Part shown: positions 1-9,814 of the stretch, piece after piece
How the letters are laid out: every line of letters begins with the position of its first letter
Position numbering within the stretch: position 1 is the stretch's first letter
Assembly: GCA_020724905.1 (NCBI GenBank)
Contig: DYGB01000001.1
Location: forward strand, 65,866-129,865
Direction: 5' to 3'
DNA length: 64,000 bases
Source: Candidatus Paceibacter sp.
GTDB lineage: Bacteria > Patescibacteriota > Minisyncoccia > UBA6257 > JAGOQP01
Notes under the pieces: model-generated
What the model was told of the DNA's origin: nothing
Databases searched by the model: none
The model's input: the letters and a program-made list of their open reading frames with translations, nothing else
Made by a program: the position numbers and the translations under genes

Positions 1-109
1 AATATACACCTTATATATCCCTACCCAGAGTAGTGGAAGAAAAAATCCCACCGCTGCCCCAAGAAGAGTATAGATGATAATTCGAATCATATACCCTAAG
101 TATATACTA

Positions 110-1126
110 TTATAATCCTAAATACACACTCCGATAGTAGGTATGTTCATCTAACGTATCACTAAAGACTGTCTCCCCAGTATCAGGACGAGAAAGGTAG
201 TACCAATACGATGTTGAGCGAGGAGAAAGGGCCGCTCTCACAGACGAGAGTGATGGAGACGCAATAGGAGTAGGAGGGAATCCTTTTCGAGTATAAGTAT
301 TATACGGTGTGTCTTCTTGAAACATAGACCTTACGGGAGTGCAAGAGTACCCACCACATGCTCCATACAGTACAGAGGCATCAATCTGAAGTGCCATTCC
401 TACCGCATATCGCTTATATATAATACCAGCAACAATCTCTTTATCTTTCTGGGTCACGACCTCTTTTTCAAGAAGTGAGGCAACGATAAGGGCTTCATAG
501 ATCTCATCAAAGGAATGCCCTTCAAAAAGATCCTCATACACTTCCCAAAAATGCCCCACAAGAATACGAGCAACCACCTCAGCACCTCTTCCAGTATAGA
601 AACGATAGGTATCAGGAACAATAAACCCCTCAAGAGTCTCAAAAGGGACATTTTCTTCTAATCCAAACACGCTCCCTGGATCCAGGGAAACTAACGATCC
701 TTTTTCAATAATCCCCTCAGAGGCAAGGAGTTCATCAATCATCACAAGACTCATTCCTGGCAAGATAGTAACGTTCTTTTCTTGTGGAGGAGAAGTAATA
801 AGAGAAAGAATGTCTTGTATGCGTGTACTGGCAAGTTGATATGTTCCAGGATGCAGTGAACTATATCCTCCAGACAGAAGCCCATACCCAATAAATGAGA
901 CACGTGACTTAATAACATCCTCCTCATAGAGTCTTTTAGCAACAGAAAAAATATCATCCCCTTCTTTCACTTCAAAGCTATGTATCTGAAATGATGTATG
1001 AGAAGGATAGAGTAAAAATCCAGAAAAAAATGAAAGGAGAAGGACGATGCATCCCAACACACCTAATGCTCCATACCAACTCCATTGTCTCTTATCGATG
1101 CGCATACATTGATTGAATAATTCCAA
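110..1126 (-). CDS. mltG: Endolytic murein transglycosylase MltG (YceG family)
   Basis: N-terminal TM anchor followed by a YceG-like domain. The C-terminal motif ...YNTYTRKGFPPTPIASPS... is the MltG catalytic signature. Overlaps the downstream SEDS gene by 35 nt. Confidence 0.85.
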   Translation of the reverse strand: MELFNQCMRIDKRQWSWYGALGVLGCIVLLLSFFSGFLLYPSHTSFQIHSFEVKEGDDIFSVAKRLYEEDVIKSRVSFIGYGLLSGGYSSLHPGTYQLASTRIQDILSLITSPPQEKNVTILPGMSLVMIDELLASEGIIEKGSLVSLDPGSVFGLEENVPFETLEGFIVPDTYRFYTGRGAEVVARILVGHFWEVYEDLFEGHSFDEIYEALIVASLLEKEVVTQKDKEIVAGIIYKRYAVGMALQIDASVLYGACGGYSCTPVRSMFQEDTPYNTYTRKGFPPTPIASPSLSSVRAALSPRSTSYWYYLSRPDTGETVFSDTLDEHTYYRSVYLGL

Positions 1127-2165
1127 TAAGAATAAAACTCATGATCATACTTGATCCTCCATAACTCACAAACGGAAGGGTAATCCCAATAACCGGGAGC
1201 AACCCAAGTGATGACCCTATGTTAATAACAATATGTATAAAAAATAGTATCCCTCCCCCTAAACACAAGAAAGTCCCCAAAGATGTAGAACTTTTCATTC
1301 CCATCTGAATCAGACGAGCAACAAGTAAAAGTAATCCAACAAGTACAATCCCCCCAAAGACAATTCCTCCTTCCTCAAGAATAGCAGAAAAAATAAAATC
1401 ATTGTGTGCTTCAGGTAAAAATCCAAGTTGCACCTGTGTTCCTTGTCCAAATCCCTTCCCTGTTATTCCCCCAGATCCAATAGCAATTTTTGATTGAATA
1501 ACATTGTATCCTGTCCCCAAAGGATCAACCGAAGGAGCAAACACAGAAAGAACTCGATCCTTTTGATAGTCCTGCAATGCTCCATGCCACATCCCCACAC
1601 CTGCAATAACACATATCCCTAACAGAAGTAAAAGATGGCGAAAAGGTATCTCCGAAAGAAGTACAAATCCAAGCCAAATAAGAATAAGGGTAATTGCAGA
1701 TCCTAAATCAGGCTGTAGTGCAATAAAGAAAGCAAACCCAGCAGAGAGTAAAAACGATCCAATTAACACTCCCCAATGAGCAATGCGCACATGTTGACGA
1801 GAGAAAAAAACACTTAATACGAGAACCAAAACAACTTTAGCAAGCTCAGCTGCTTGAAATTGAAATGACCCGATCATAATCCATGCACGGTTCCCTTTCA
1901 CCTCAGGAGCAAATAGAAGTGTCGCAAGAAGGAGTAAGATAACAAGCCCATACAACACCATAATAAACCCTCTATGAGATATAAATGAACGAATATCAAT
2001 AACACTAATAAGAAGAGCAGCAACTATTCCAATGCCAACCCACCACACTTGTCGTGCAAACGTATCAGAATCAATGCTCGCTAATATAAAAAGACTGCTC
2101 GCAACAAGCAGTGCTACAGCTCCCATAAGTCTCCAATCAATGGCTGTACGTAATTGGCGAAACAT
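1092..2165 (-). CDS. SEDS-family peptidoglycan glycosyltransferase (FtsW/RodA)
   Basis: About 10 TM helices. Conserved SEDS block GSGGITGKGFGQGTQVQLGFLPEAHNDFIFSAILEEGG. Adjacent to mltG. Confidence 0.85.
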   Translation of the reverse strand: MFRQLRTAIDWRLMGAVALLVASSLFILASIDSDTFARQVWWVGIGIVAALLISVIDIRSFISHRGFIMVLYGLVILLLLATLLFAPEVKGNRAWIMIGSFQFQAAELAKVVLVLVLSVFFSRQHVRIAHWGVLIGSFLLSAGFAFFIALQPDLGSAITLILIWLGFVLLSEIPFRHLLLLLGICVIAGVGMWHGALQDYQKDRVLSVFAPSVDPLGTGYNVIQSKIAIGSGGITGKGFGQGTQVQLGFLPEAHNDFIFSAILEEGGIVFGGIVLVGLLLLVARLIQMGMKSSTSLGTFLCLGGGILFFIHIVINIGSSLGLLPVIGITLPFVSYGGSSMIMSFILIGIIQSMYAHR

Positions 2166-2180
2166 ATAAAAGATATGGTA

Positions 2181-3272
2181 TCACAAAGCCCTTGAGGAGG
2201 ACAGACTCAATATTCCATTCGCTTCAAGCGGATAAGAATTTCCTTTCATGTGCCCAATATATCCTGCAACCCCAATCATTGCAGCATTATCCTGACAATA
2301 CGCAAAGGGAGGGAAAAGAATGGGAACAGTATCTTCAAATGTATCCTTCATATAAGTACGAAGAAATGAACTCGCACTTACTCCCCCACTCACTACAACA
2401 CTCTTTGCACTATATTCCTCAAAAGCTTTCTTTGTTTTTTCAACAAGAGGACGAAACGCAGCATACTGAAACGATGCAGCGGTATCATAACTAAGCTCAT
2501 CAGAAAGAGTTATTTGTTTCCCGGGAGAAAATGACTGAGCACTATCTCCAGAAACATTCCTCAGATGATAGAGTACTGCTGTTTTAAGCCCAGAATAACT
2601 GAACTCATAGTCCCCACTATGAAGAAGTGGTGAGGGGAATGGATAGGCATGCACATCTCCTCTCTGAGCATAACGCTCTATCTGAGGACCCCCAGGATAG
2701 GGAAGCCCTAGTAGACGAGCAACCTTGTCAAACGATTCTCCCACCGCATCATCTTTTGTTTCCCCAAGAAGTGTGTAGGTATACATATCAGAAAGAACAC
2801 CAAGTATAGTATGTCCCCCACTTACAAGAAGTGAAACCATAGGAAAGAGAGTATCAAGAGATGCTGGATCAAACAATTCATGAAACAAAAAACTATACAG
2901 ATGTCCCTCAAGATGATTCACTCCTACAAGAGGAATATCTGGATACAGTGTTTTGTGAATATCAGAAAAAAAGGTAATACCCTGCCACAATGCTGGTTCA
3001 AGACCAGGACCAACAGTTACTGCCATTATATCAGGGCAGATGCGTTCCTTTGCAAGATATGCAGACATCCTCTCCCATAAAAGTGGAAGATTCTTTTGAT
3101 GCTCACGTTTTGCAAGATTAGGAACAACACCTCCAAAGGAAGCATGTATCTCTACTTGGGAAGCTGTTTCATGAAACAACACATCGACAGAGAAATCTTC
3201 CCTAATATGAACGAGTGCAAGAGATGTCTCGTCACAACTTGTCTCACACGCTAGCACATACTTACGCTGCAT
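2181..3272 (-). CDS. tsaD: tRNA N6-adenosine threonylcarbamoyltransferase TsaD (Kae1/Gcp)
   Basis: The ...VLACETSCDETSLALV... motif, HLEGH metal-binding motif and glycine-rich SGGV motifs are present. The likely true start is the internal Met (MQRKYVLACETSCDET), because the longest ORF overlaps rny by 41 nt. Confidence 0.88.
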   Translation of the reverse strand: MQRKYVLACETSCDETSLALVHIREDFSVDVLFHETASQVEIHASFGGVVPNLAKREHQKNLPLLWERMSAYLAKERICPDIMAVTVGPGLEPALWQGITFFSDIHKTLYPDIPLVGVNHLEGHLYSFLFHELFDPASLDTLFPMVSLLVSGGHTILGVLSDMYTYTLLGETKDDAVGESFDKVARLLGLPYPGGPQIERYAQRGDVHAYPFPSPLLHSGDYEFSYSGLKTAVLYHLRNVSGDSAQSFSPGKQITLSDELSYDTAASFQYAAFRPLVEKTKKAFEEYSAKSVVVSGGVSASSFLRTYMKDTFEDTVPILFPPFAYCQDNAAMIGVAGYIGHMKGNSYPLEANGILSLSSSRAL

Positions 3273-4788
3273 ACTCAACGGATCGTGTCTCACGAATAAC
3301 AACCACTTTTATTTCTCCAGGATACTTCAATTCAGACTCAATACGTTTCGCAACATCTCGAGCTAACTGAAGTGCTCCAAAGTCATCAACTCGTTCAGGA
3401 GTAACAAAGACGCGGAGTTCACGCCCTGCAGAAATAGCATAGGCATTTGAAACTCCATCAAGCTGTGTTGCAATATTTTCTAAATCTTGAAGACGCTTAA
3501 GGTAGTTTTCAATGCTGTCACGACGTGCTCCAGGACGAGCAGCTGAAAGTGCATCAGCAGCAGCAACTACATATGATTCAACAGTAGCATAGGGATACTC
3601 ATCATGATGAGATTCCATTGCATGAATGACTGCATCACTAATGTTATATTTCTTTAGAATCTTTCTTCCAATATCAACATGACTTCCTTCAATTTCATGA
3701 TCAACAGCCTTTCCAATGTCATGAAGAAGTGCTCCTCGTTTTGCTACTTCAACATCAACACCAAGCTCAGCAGCAATCATTCCAGCAAAGTGAGTTACCT
3801 CAACAGAATGCTGTAACACGTTCTGTCCATAACTTGTTCTGAAATGAAGTCGCCCCAGTAATTGAATAATCTCCTTTGGAAAATCATAAATACCTACTTC
3901 ATAGGCAGCATTCTCAGCTGCATCAACCATGATCTTCTGTACCTCAGCACGAGCCTCTTCAACTTTCTCTTCAATTTTTGCTGGCTGGATACGTCCATCT
4001 TTAATTAATTTCTCAAGAGCTGTTTTGGCAACCTGTCTTCGTACTGGATCAAATGATGAGATAACAATACTATCAGGAGTTTCATCAACAACGAGCTCAA
4101 CACCGGTAATACGCTCAAGGGTACGGATGTTTCGTCCCTCTTTTCCAATAATCTTTCCTTTAAAGTCTTCGTTAGGAATATCAACGGTTGTTGTTGTAAG
4201 CTCTGATGCTGATGAACGACTATATCGTTGCAACACCGTACTCATAATCTCAATAGTCCTCTTCTCTATTTCTTCCTGTCTCTCATGCATCATCTTCTTC
4301 CCATACTCCAAGAGATCTTGGTTAAATTTCTTCTCAACATCTTTAAGAAGAAGTGCTTTTGCTTCCTCTACATTCATTCCTGCAACTCGCTCAAGCTCCT
4401 GAGATGTTTTTTCTTTGATTGACTCAATGTGCTTTTTAATCTCATCAATCTTTTTAAGATCAGATTCAACACCTTTTTCTTTTTCTCTAAGTTCCTGATC
4501 TTTCTTCTCAATCGTCTCTTCTTTACGTAAAATTCTTTCTTCAGCTTTATCGAGCTGATGTTTTCGTTCACGTTCTTCCTTTTTAATCTCTTCTAAAATA
4601 CCCGCAGATTTCTCCTGGGCCTCAAGAATGAGTTCCTTTGCCTTTGTTTTCGCTTCTTCTATCTGCCTGCGAATGCGCTCCTCAATAGAAGCGGCTCGCT
4701 TTGAAACAAGGGCTTGGCGGATGATATATCCGATCGCAAAGCCCACAACAAATAACAACGCAAAATACATATAGTTCGTGTAATCCAT
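3262..4788 (-). CDS. rny: Ribonuclease Y
   Basis: N-terminal TM helix and a long coiled-coil (E/K-rich). KH domain (IIGKEGRNIRTLERITGVELVVDE) and HD domain (GALLHDIGKAVDHE...HH). This is the canonical RNase Y architecture. Confidence 0.9.
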   Translation of the reverse strand: MDYTNYMYFALLFVVGFAIGYIIRQALVSKRAASIEERIRRQIEEAKTKAKELILEAQEKSAGILEEIKKEERERKHQLDKAEERILRKEETIEKKDQELREKEKGVESDLKKIDEIKKHIESIKEKTSQELERVAGMNVEEAKALLLKDVEKKFNQDLLEYGKKMMHERQEEIEKRTIEIMSTVLQRYSRSSASELTTTTVDIPNEDFKGKIIGKEGRNIRTLERITGVELVVDETPDSIVISSFDPVRRQVAKTALEKLIKDGRIQPAKIEEKVEEARAEVQKIMVDAAENAAYEVGIYDFPKEIIQLLGRLHFRTSYGQNVLQHSVEVTHFAGMIAAELGVDVEVAKRGALLHDIGKAVDHEIEGSHVDIGRKILKKYNISDAVIHAMESHHDEYPYATVESYVVAAADALSAARPGARRDSIENYLKRLQDLENIATQLDGVSNAYAISAGRELRVFVTPERVDDFGALQLARDVAKRIESELKYPGEIKVVVIRETRSVEYAA

Positions 4789-5005
4789 ATATCAAAAGTA
4801 CCTCCAGTGCAATCCTGTGGGACATAGGTATAAGGTCTATGATTCAAAAAATGAAATAAAACTATCATATACGTCCGAAAATACTATCGCCACCAGATAC
4901 TCTGAGGCACGTTACTTACTTCTAAACCTATATACATCATAGCCCTCAGATATCCCCTCGTCAAATACGTGTATCAAAAACAAAGGTATGGTACGATAGA
5001 AACGT

Positions 5006-6544
5006 ATGAAACCACGTGTTGTTCTATTAATTCTTGATGGATGGGGTATTGGAGAGAGAAATACCTCAAACCCTATTCATGTCATGCAGCCAAAGAATAT
5101 AGAATTCATCAAAAAGAACTTCCCTTCGGGATCACTCCAAGCATCAGGACTGGCAGTAGGGCTTCCCTGGAGAGAAGAAGGAAACAGTGAGGTAGGACAC
5201 CTCACTATGGGCATTGGACGAGTCGTCTATCAACACTTTCCTCGTATTAGTTTGAGTATTCAAGATGGATCGTTTCAAAAAAATGAAGCAATTCAGGGAG
5301 CCATCCAACACGCCCTCCAAAACAACACAACACTACACCTTGCAGGACTCATTAGTGATGGGAATGTTCATTCAGCACTCCCTCATCTACATGAACTCAT
5401 CGCACTTGCACAAAAAGCAGGCGTCTCATGGAAACTCCATGCATTTACCGATGGACGAGACACTGATCCAACAAGTGCATGGTCACTTCTCCAAACACTT
5501 CCTCTCCAACATATCGCTAGTATTTCTGGACGATTCTATGCTATGGACAGAGACAAGCACTGGGACCTTACCCAAAAAGCATATGATGCAATGACCGGGG
5601 AAGCCCCTATTATCTCTCACCATGATATCCAGAGTCATATAGAAAAGACATACGCAAAAAACCTCAATGATGAGTTTATAGTTCCTGTTGGTATTGATTC
5701 AGCTGACAATGCACTACACGATAACGATGCACTGTTCTTTTTCAACTTCAGAGAAGATCGTATGAGACAGCTTGGAGAACTTTTCCTCAAACCATCCCCG
5801 GAACATGGAAACATAAAATCATACACCAATCTCCATATTGCATCGATGACACAGATACGAGAAGATTTCACCATTCCTATCGCCTTCCCTCCTCAACAGA
5901 TAGATACAAGTCTTGGAAAGACTCTCTCAGAGAATGGAAAAATGCAACTCCGTATCGCTGAAACGCAAAAATATGCTCACGTAACATTTTTCTTTAATGG
6001 ACTCACTGACAAACCCTTTAAAAACGAATACCGCATCCTCATTCCCTCAAAAACAACTCCTCGACAAGATGAAGATCCCGCAATGCAAACCCCAGCCATT
6101 ACACAACGACTCATACAATCAATAGAAGAGGGACTCTTTGATTTTACCCTGGTAAATATCGCTTCTCCTGACATGATCGCACATACCGGAAACTACAATG
6201 CCTCAAAAGAAGCTGTCGCTCTTGTTGATGAATATGTTGGAAAAATTCTTGATGCAGTGCTTAGACATAACGTTACCCTCCTTATCACCGCAGACCATGG
6301 AAACATGGAACGACTTTTCGATCCCCTTACTGGAGAACCTGAAACAAAACACGATCCAAATCCTGTACCCCTCTATCTTATCCACTCATCACTTAAAAAA
6401 CCACGAGATGATGCATATATCCAGGAACGAGAACGCTACACAATAGGGATGCTCTCAGATATTGCTCCAACTATTCTTGATATTCTTTCCATCCCAAAAC
6501 CATCTCACATGACAGGTCAAAGCCTCCTTAAACAACTTCTCTAA
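5006..6544 (+). CDS. gpmI: 2,3-bisphosphoglycerate-independent phosphoglycerate mutase
   Basis: N-terminus MKPRVVLLILDGWGIGE and the C-terminal metalloenzyme block TADHGNME. At 512 aa it is typical of iPGM. Confidence 0.9.
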   Translation: MKPRVVLLILDGWGIGERNTSNPIHVMQPKNIEFIKKNFPSGSLQASGLAVGLPWREEGNSEVGHLTMGIGRVVYQHFPRISLSIQDGSFQKNEAIQGAIQHALQNNTTLHLAGLISDGNVHSALPHLHELIALAQKAGVSWKLHAFTDGRDTDPTSAWSLLQTLPLQHIASISGRFYAMDRDKHWDLTQKAYDAMTGEAPIISHHDIQSHIEKTYAKNLNDEFIVPVGIDSADNALHDNDALFFFNFREDRMRQLGELFLKPSPEHGNIKSYTNLHIASMTQIREDFTIPIAFPPQQIDTSLGKTLSENGKMQLRIAETQKYAHVTFFFNGLTDKPFKNEYRILIPSKTTPRQDEDPAMQTPAITQRLIQSIEEGLFDFTLVNIASPDMIAHTGNYNASKEAVALVDEYVGKILDAVLRHNVTLLITADHGNMERLFDPLTGEPETKHDPNPVPLYLIHSSLKKPRDDAYIQERERYTIGMLSDIAPTILDILSIPKPSHMTGQSLLKQLL

Positions 6545-9044
6545 AAGAAAGTGTGTTTTCTCCTTCAAGAAACATCTCAATACGCATTCCTTTACTAAGA
6601 CGCCCTGAAAGAAGTGCGTGAGAAAGAAACGATACAATATGTTTTTCAATAGCTCGTTTTAGTGGACGAGCTCCAAATGACGGATCAAATCCCTCCTGAG
6701 AGATGAAAGATACTAGTTCTTCAGAAAAACTCACTGCTACTCCATTACTCTCATGTACTCGCTTTGAAAGGGAAGTAAGTTGAAGACGAGCAATCTTACG
6801 AATATGCTCAAAGGATAACGGCTTAAAGGTAACAATGCGTGAAAAACGATTCACCAATTCTGGGCGAAGAACTTCAGACAGTTTCCCCTTTAATGCCTCA
6901 GCAATAGTATCAATATCTTTTCCTTCCTTAAGAGATTCTTGAATAAACACTGAATGAGCATTCGATGTTGCAATAATAATCGTATGAGAAAAATCAATCT
7001 TTCGCCCAAACACATCGGTTAACACCCCCTCATCAAGTACCTGTAAGAAAAGTTGCAGGATATCTTGGTGAGCTTTTTCAAACTCATCAAGAAGTACAAT
7101 GCTGTAAGGAGAGTGTGCAACAGATTCACTAAAGGCACCAACAATTTTCCCATCAGACGATCCAATAAATCTCTGGATACTTCCCTTCTCTTGATACTCA
7201 GACATATCAAACCGAACTAATAATTTTTCAGAACCAAAATACAAAGAAGCAAGAGATTTGGAAAGTTCTGTTTTCCCTACCCCTGTAGGGCCAACAAAAA
7301 GAAATGAAGCAATAGGACCCTTTCCTGAAGAAAGTCCACTACGATACGAACGAAGTGCCTCAGATACTGCTCCAACAGCTTCATCTTGATTGATGTATCG
7401 TTCATGAATACGTTCTTCTAAACGAAGTAGTTCAGAGGCTTCATGGGTAGATGCTTTTTGAATAGGAACGGATGAACGTTCTTCAACAAGCGCAATAACA
7501 TCAGATTCCTTTACCATACGTCTCTTCCTTTCTCGTTTCACCCGAGCAAATACCTCACGAAGTACTTCTTGTGCACTTGAAGGAAGTGGAGCTTGAGTTA
7601 TATAGCGAGCAGATAACTTGACAGCAGCACGTACTGCAGCAAATGTGATTCGAATTCCTAACTGTTTTTCTAAAATAACAGCATCATACACAAGTAATCG
7701 TGTCGCATCTTCTTCTCCAATCTGCTCAATAGGAATCCTCTCAAATAACTGAGAGAGACTCTTGTTCATATCAATATACTGAGAATAAAGATGTGGTGTT
7801 GTTGTTCCAATCACAGGGAAAAGACCATTACGAAGGAGTGGTGTTAATACATCAAATAACCGAACCCCTTCTCGTGTCTGTGTTTTTTCAAGAAGATGAA
7901 TATCAGGGATATAGAGAATAATATTTCCTGCACGAGAGATTTCTGAGACAATCATTTGAAGTGTTGTATAAATATCATCACTCCCCCCTGAAAGAATTCT
8001 CCCCAAAGACAAAGAAACGACACGTCGATCAAATAATTCCCCAGGAACAGCATCAGAAAGAATTTGAAATGCGAGATGATGTACAATTGCTTCTTTCCCT
8101 ACCCCCGCTTCCCCTACGAGCAATACATTCCGTTGTCCTGATTTTGAAAGCGCATCAAGGATCTGATGGTACTCAGTATCATGTCCAATGAGAAATCCTC
8201 CTCGTCCACTTCGTACAACATCGGTAATATCATCAGATACCCTATCAAGATAGGGAGTAGGACGTGATGTTAGAGTTCTGTTAACTCGATGGGCCTTAAT
8301 ACGAGACAGCGTCTTTGCAAATCCACCCGTCACCGCAGGAAGATGTCTTTGTGAAAGCGCAACACCAAATGAAATAGCAATAGAAACATCTTTCTGTGAC
8401 AAAGAGTACATATCAAAGATACGTGCAAGATGAGATGAAGGAGAAGAAACAATACCAGCGAATAATAAATCATCCCCAATAACATCTTTTTTGTGAATCA
8501 GTGCCTCTGCTCCTGCATACAAGGCAATATTCTTTAAAATCTCCATAACCTCAGCCTTCTCCTGTTCTCCATCACTATGTTCAAATGCCTCAGTAACATC
8601 TTTACGTAACTGAGAAACATCTAACTCTAATCGTTCACAAATCCATACGACAGAAGGCTTTTTCAATAATTCAGAAAACAGTGCGAGGTGAAGGTCTCCT
8701 TTTTGAAGTCGTGCTTTCTCAAATGCAGCAACGAGGATACGTAGTGATTTCTTATCAATACACAATCCAATGTTATTCCCCGGGACTCTTCCTAAAAATA
8801 AATCTCTTACCCGATAATGAGCTGAGGAAAGATGGAATATATGATCAAGGAGTATAAGAAATAGTAACCCTCCCCACCATCGAAGCGCCTCAACATCAGA
8901 GAGTAGTAGTGCAACGGTAAGACCAATACAAACAACAAAACAGATATAAAAAACAATTCGAGTAAACACCCTCTCTGTATGAGAAAGAGCAAATATTCGT
9001 CGATGAAATGTTACTTTTTCTAAAGGTATAAGTGAGTCTTTCAT
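6528..9044 (-). CDS. Clp/Hsp100-family AAA+ ATPase (ClpC/ClpB-like) with a membrane-anchored N-terminus and degenerate NBD1
   Basis: NBD2 has intact Walker A (FLFVGPTGVGKTELSKSLA) and Walker B (IVLLDEFEKAH). NBD1 has a non-canonical Walker A (GEAGVGKEAIV, Glu instead of Ser/Thr) and lacks the Walker B catalytic Glu (ILYIPDIHLL). Two Clp_N-like repeats follow two predicted N-terminal TM helices (IVFYICFVVCIGLTVALLL / GGLLFLILLDHIFHL). The middle domain is short. Confidence 0.8.
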   Translation of the reverse strand: MKDSLIPLEKVTFHRRIFALSHTERVFTRIVFYICFVVCIGLTVALLLSDVEALRWWGGLLFLILLDHIFHLSSAHYRVRDLFLGRVPGNNIGLCIDKKSLRILVAAFEKARLQKGDLHLALFSELLKKPSVVWICERLELDVSQLRKDVTEAFEHSDGEQEKAEVMEILKNIALYAGAEALIHKKDVIGDDLLFAGIVSSPSSHLARIFDMYSLSQKDVSIAISFGVALSQRHLPAVTGGFAKTLSRIKAHRVNRTLTSRPTPYLDRVSDDITDVVRSGRGGFLIGHDTEYHQILDALSKSGQRNVLLVGEAGVGKEAIVHHLAFQILSDAVPGELFDRRVVSLSLGRILSGGSDDIYTTLQMIVSEISRAGNIILYIPDIHLLEKTQTREGVRLFDVLTPLLRNGLFPVIGTTTPHLYSQYIDMNKSLSQLFERIPIEQIGEEDATRLLVYDAVILEKQLGIRITFAAVRAAVKLSARYITQAPLPSSAQEVLREVFARVKRERKRRMVKESDVIALVEERSSVPIQKASTHEASELLRLEERIHERYINQDEAVGAVSEALRSYRSGLSSGKGPIASFLFVGPTGVGKTELSKSLASLYFGSEKLLVRFDMSEYQEKGSIQRFIGSSDGKIVGAFSESVAHSPYSIVLLDEFEKAHQDILQLFLQVLDEGVLTDVFGRKIDFSHTIIIATSNAHSVFIQESLKEGKDIDTIAEALKGKLSEVLRPELVNRFSRIVTFKPLSFEHIRKIARLQLTSLSKRVHESNGVAVSFSEELVSFISQEGFDPSFGARPLKRAIEKHIVSFLSHALLSGRLSKGMRIEMFLEGENTLSFREVV

Positions 9045-9400
9045 AAGAATAAAGTTATCCCTTTATAGATACAGACAAGAGGAAGGGCAGCCCACATACC
9101 ATACGTACACACAAAGAATAGTGCAGCAAGAATATAATACAAACTCCCCCCTATAACACGAATAAGTCGAACAAAAAACCCAAGCAAGAAACCAACAACA
9201 TTACGTTCTTGATAGAGTGGTGAAAATAAAAAGAAAAGATTTGCACGAACAGCGAGCGTTCTTTCTCCACGAGAGAACACGTATAAAAATCCTGAGTACC
9301 AACGACGAGCACCTTCAACATACCAATGTCGAAAGAATTCAAATAGTCTATAGTATCCAGTTTTTAGTATATAAATACCAGCTCCAACCATTATATGCAT
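9041..9400 (-). CDS. Hypothetical small membrane protein, translationally coupled (ATGA overlap) to the Clp-family ATPase gene
   Basis: 119 aa with 3 predicted TM helices. Its stop overlaps the start of the downstream clp-like gene. No recognisable domain. Confidence 0.4.
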   Translation of the reverse strand: MHIMVGAGIYILKTGYYRLFEFFRHWYVEGARRWYSGFLYVFSRGERTLAVRANLFFLFSPLYQERNVVGFLLGFFVRLIRVIGGSLYYILAALFFVCTYGMWAALPLVCIYKGITLFL

Positions 9401-9423
9401 AGTATCAAAAAATATGTCTTTCT

Positions 9424-9460
9424 GCTACAAAAAACTCCCCTGTATATACAAGGGAGTTTC
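9424..9460 (-). terminator. Rho-independent terminator (hairpin AAACTCCC..GGGAGTTT, then a T-run on the minus strand)
   Basis: Inverted repeat read directly from the sequence. On the minus strand it is followed by TTTTTTG. Confidence 0.55.
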
Positions 9461-9481
9461 ATATGCACTGTCAGTGATGTG

Positions 9482-9679
9482 TTATGCTTGTGGCATTTCA
9501 CCTTCACTGTTTTGATCTGAATCCTCTGAGAATTCTTGCCCAGCCTCTGGCTGTGCTTGTTCCTCAGGAGCTGATTCCTCTGCAGGAACCTCAACTGAAG
9601 GATTCATTGTTTCTTGAGTCTGTGAGTCTTGCTCTTCAGACTGTGGTTGCTGTTGCATGTCGTTGTTTTGCATGTCCAT
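9482..9679 (-). CDS. Putative small acidic, low-complexity protein (65 aa, E/Q/D-rich)
   Basis: The ORF sits between two intrinsic terminators, with a plausible TTGAAA-N17-TATCCT promoter upstream on the minus strand. There is no obvious SD, and it could instead be an sRNA unit. Confidence 0.3.
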   Translation of the reverse strand: MDMQNNDMQQQPQSEEQDSQTQETMNPSVEVPAEESAPEEQAQPEAGQEFSEDSDQNSEGEMPQA

Positions 9680-9761
9680 AATAGATAGTTCGAGTTACTT
9701 GGGCTTACGACGATCGCCGCACACCACATGCAAGGATAGCACAGGTATTCCCTTATTTCAA

Positions 9762-9793
9762 GGAAAAAACCAGGCAACAAGCCTGGTTTTTCA
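9762..9793 (-). terminator. Rho-independent, bidirectional-capable terminator downstream of the giant surface-protein gene
   Basis: AAAAACCAGGC-AACAA-GCCTGGTTTTT. The perfect 9-bp GC-containing stem is flanked by A/T runs on both sides. Confidence 0.65.
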
Positions 9794-9814
9794 TGTATAA
9801 CATTGATACTAGCC

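Noticed and set aside
3929-4402. 157-aa plus-strand ORF antisense to rny; similar antisense ORFs occur at 47851-48456 (rnj) and 55320-55826 (metG)
   Set aside because: Each is fully embedded in a strongly supported gene on the opposite strand, with low-complexity translation.
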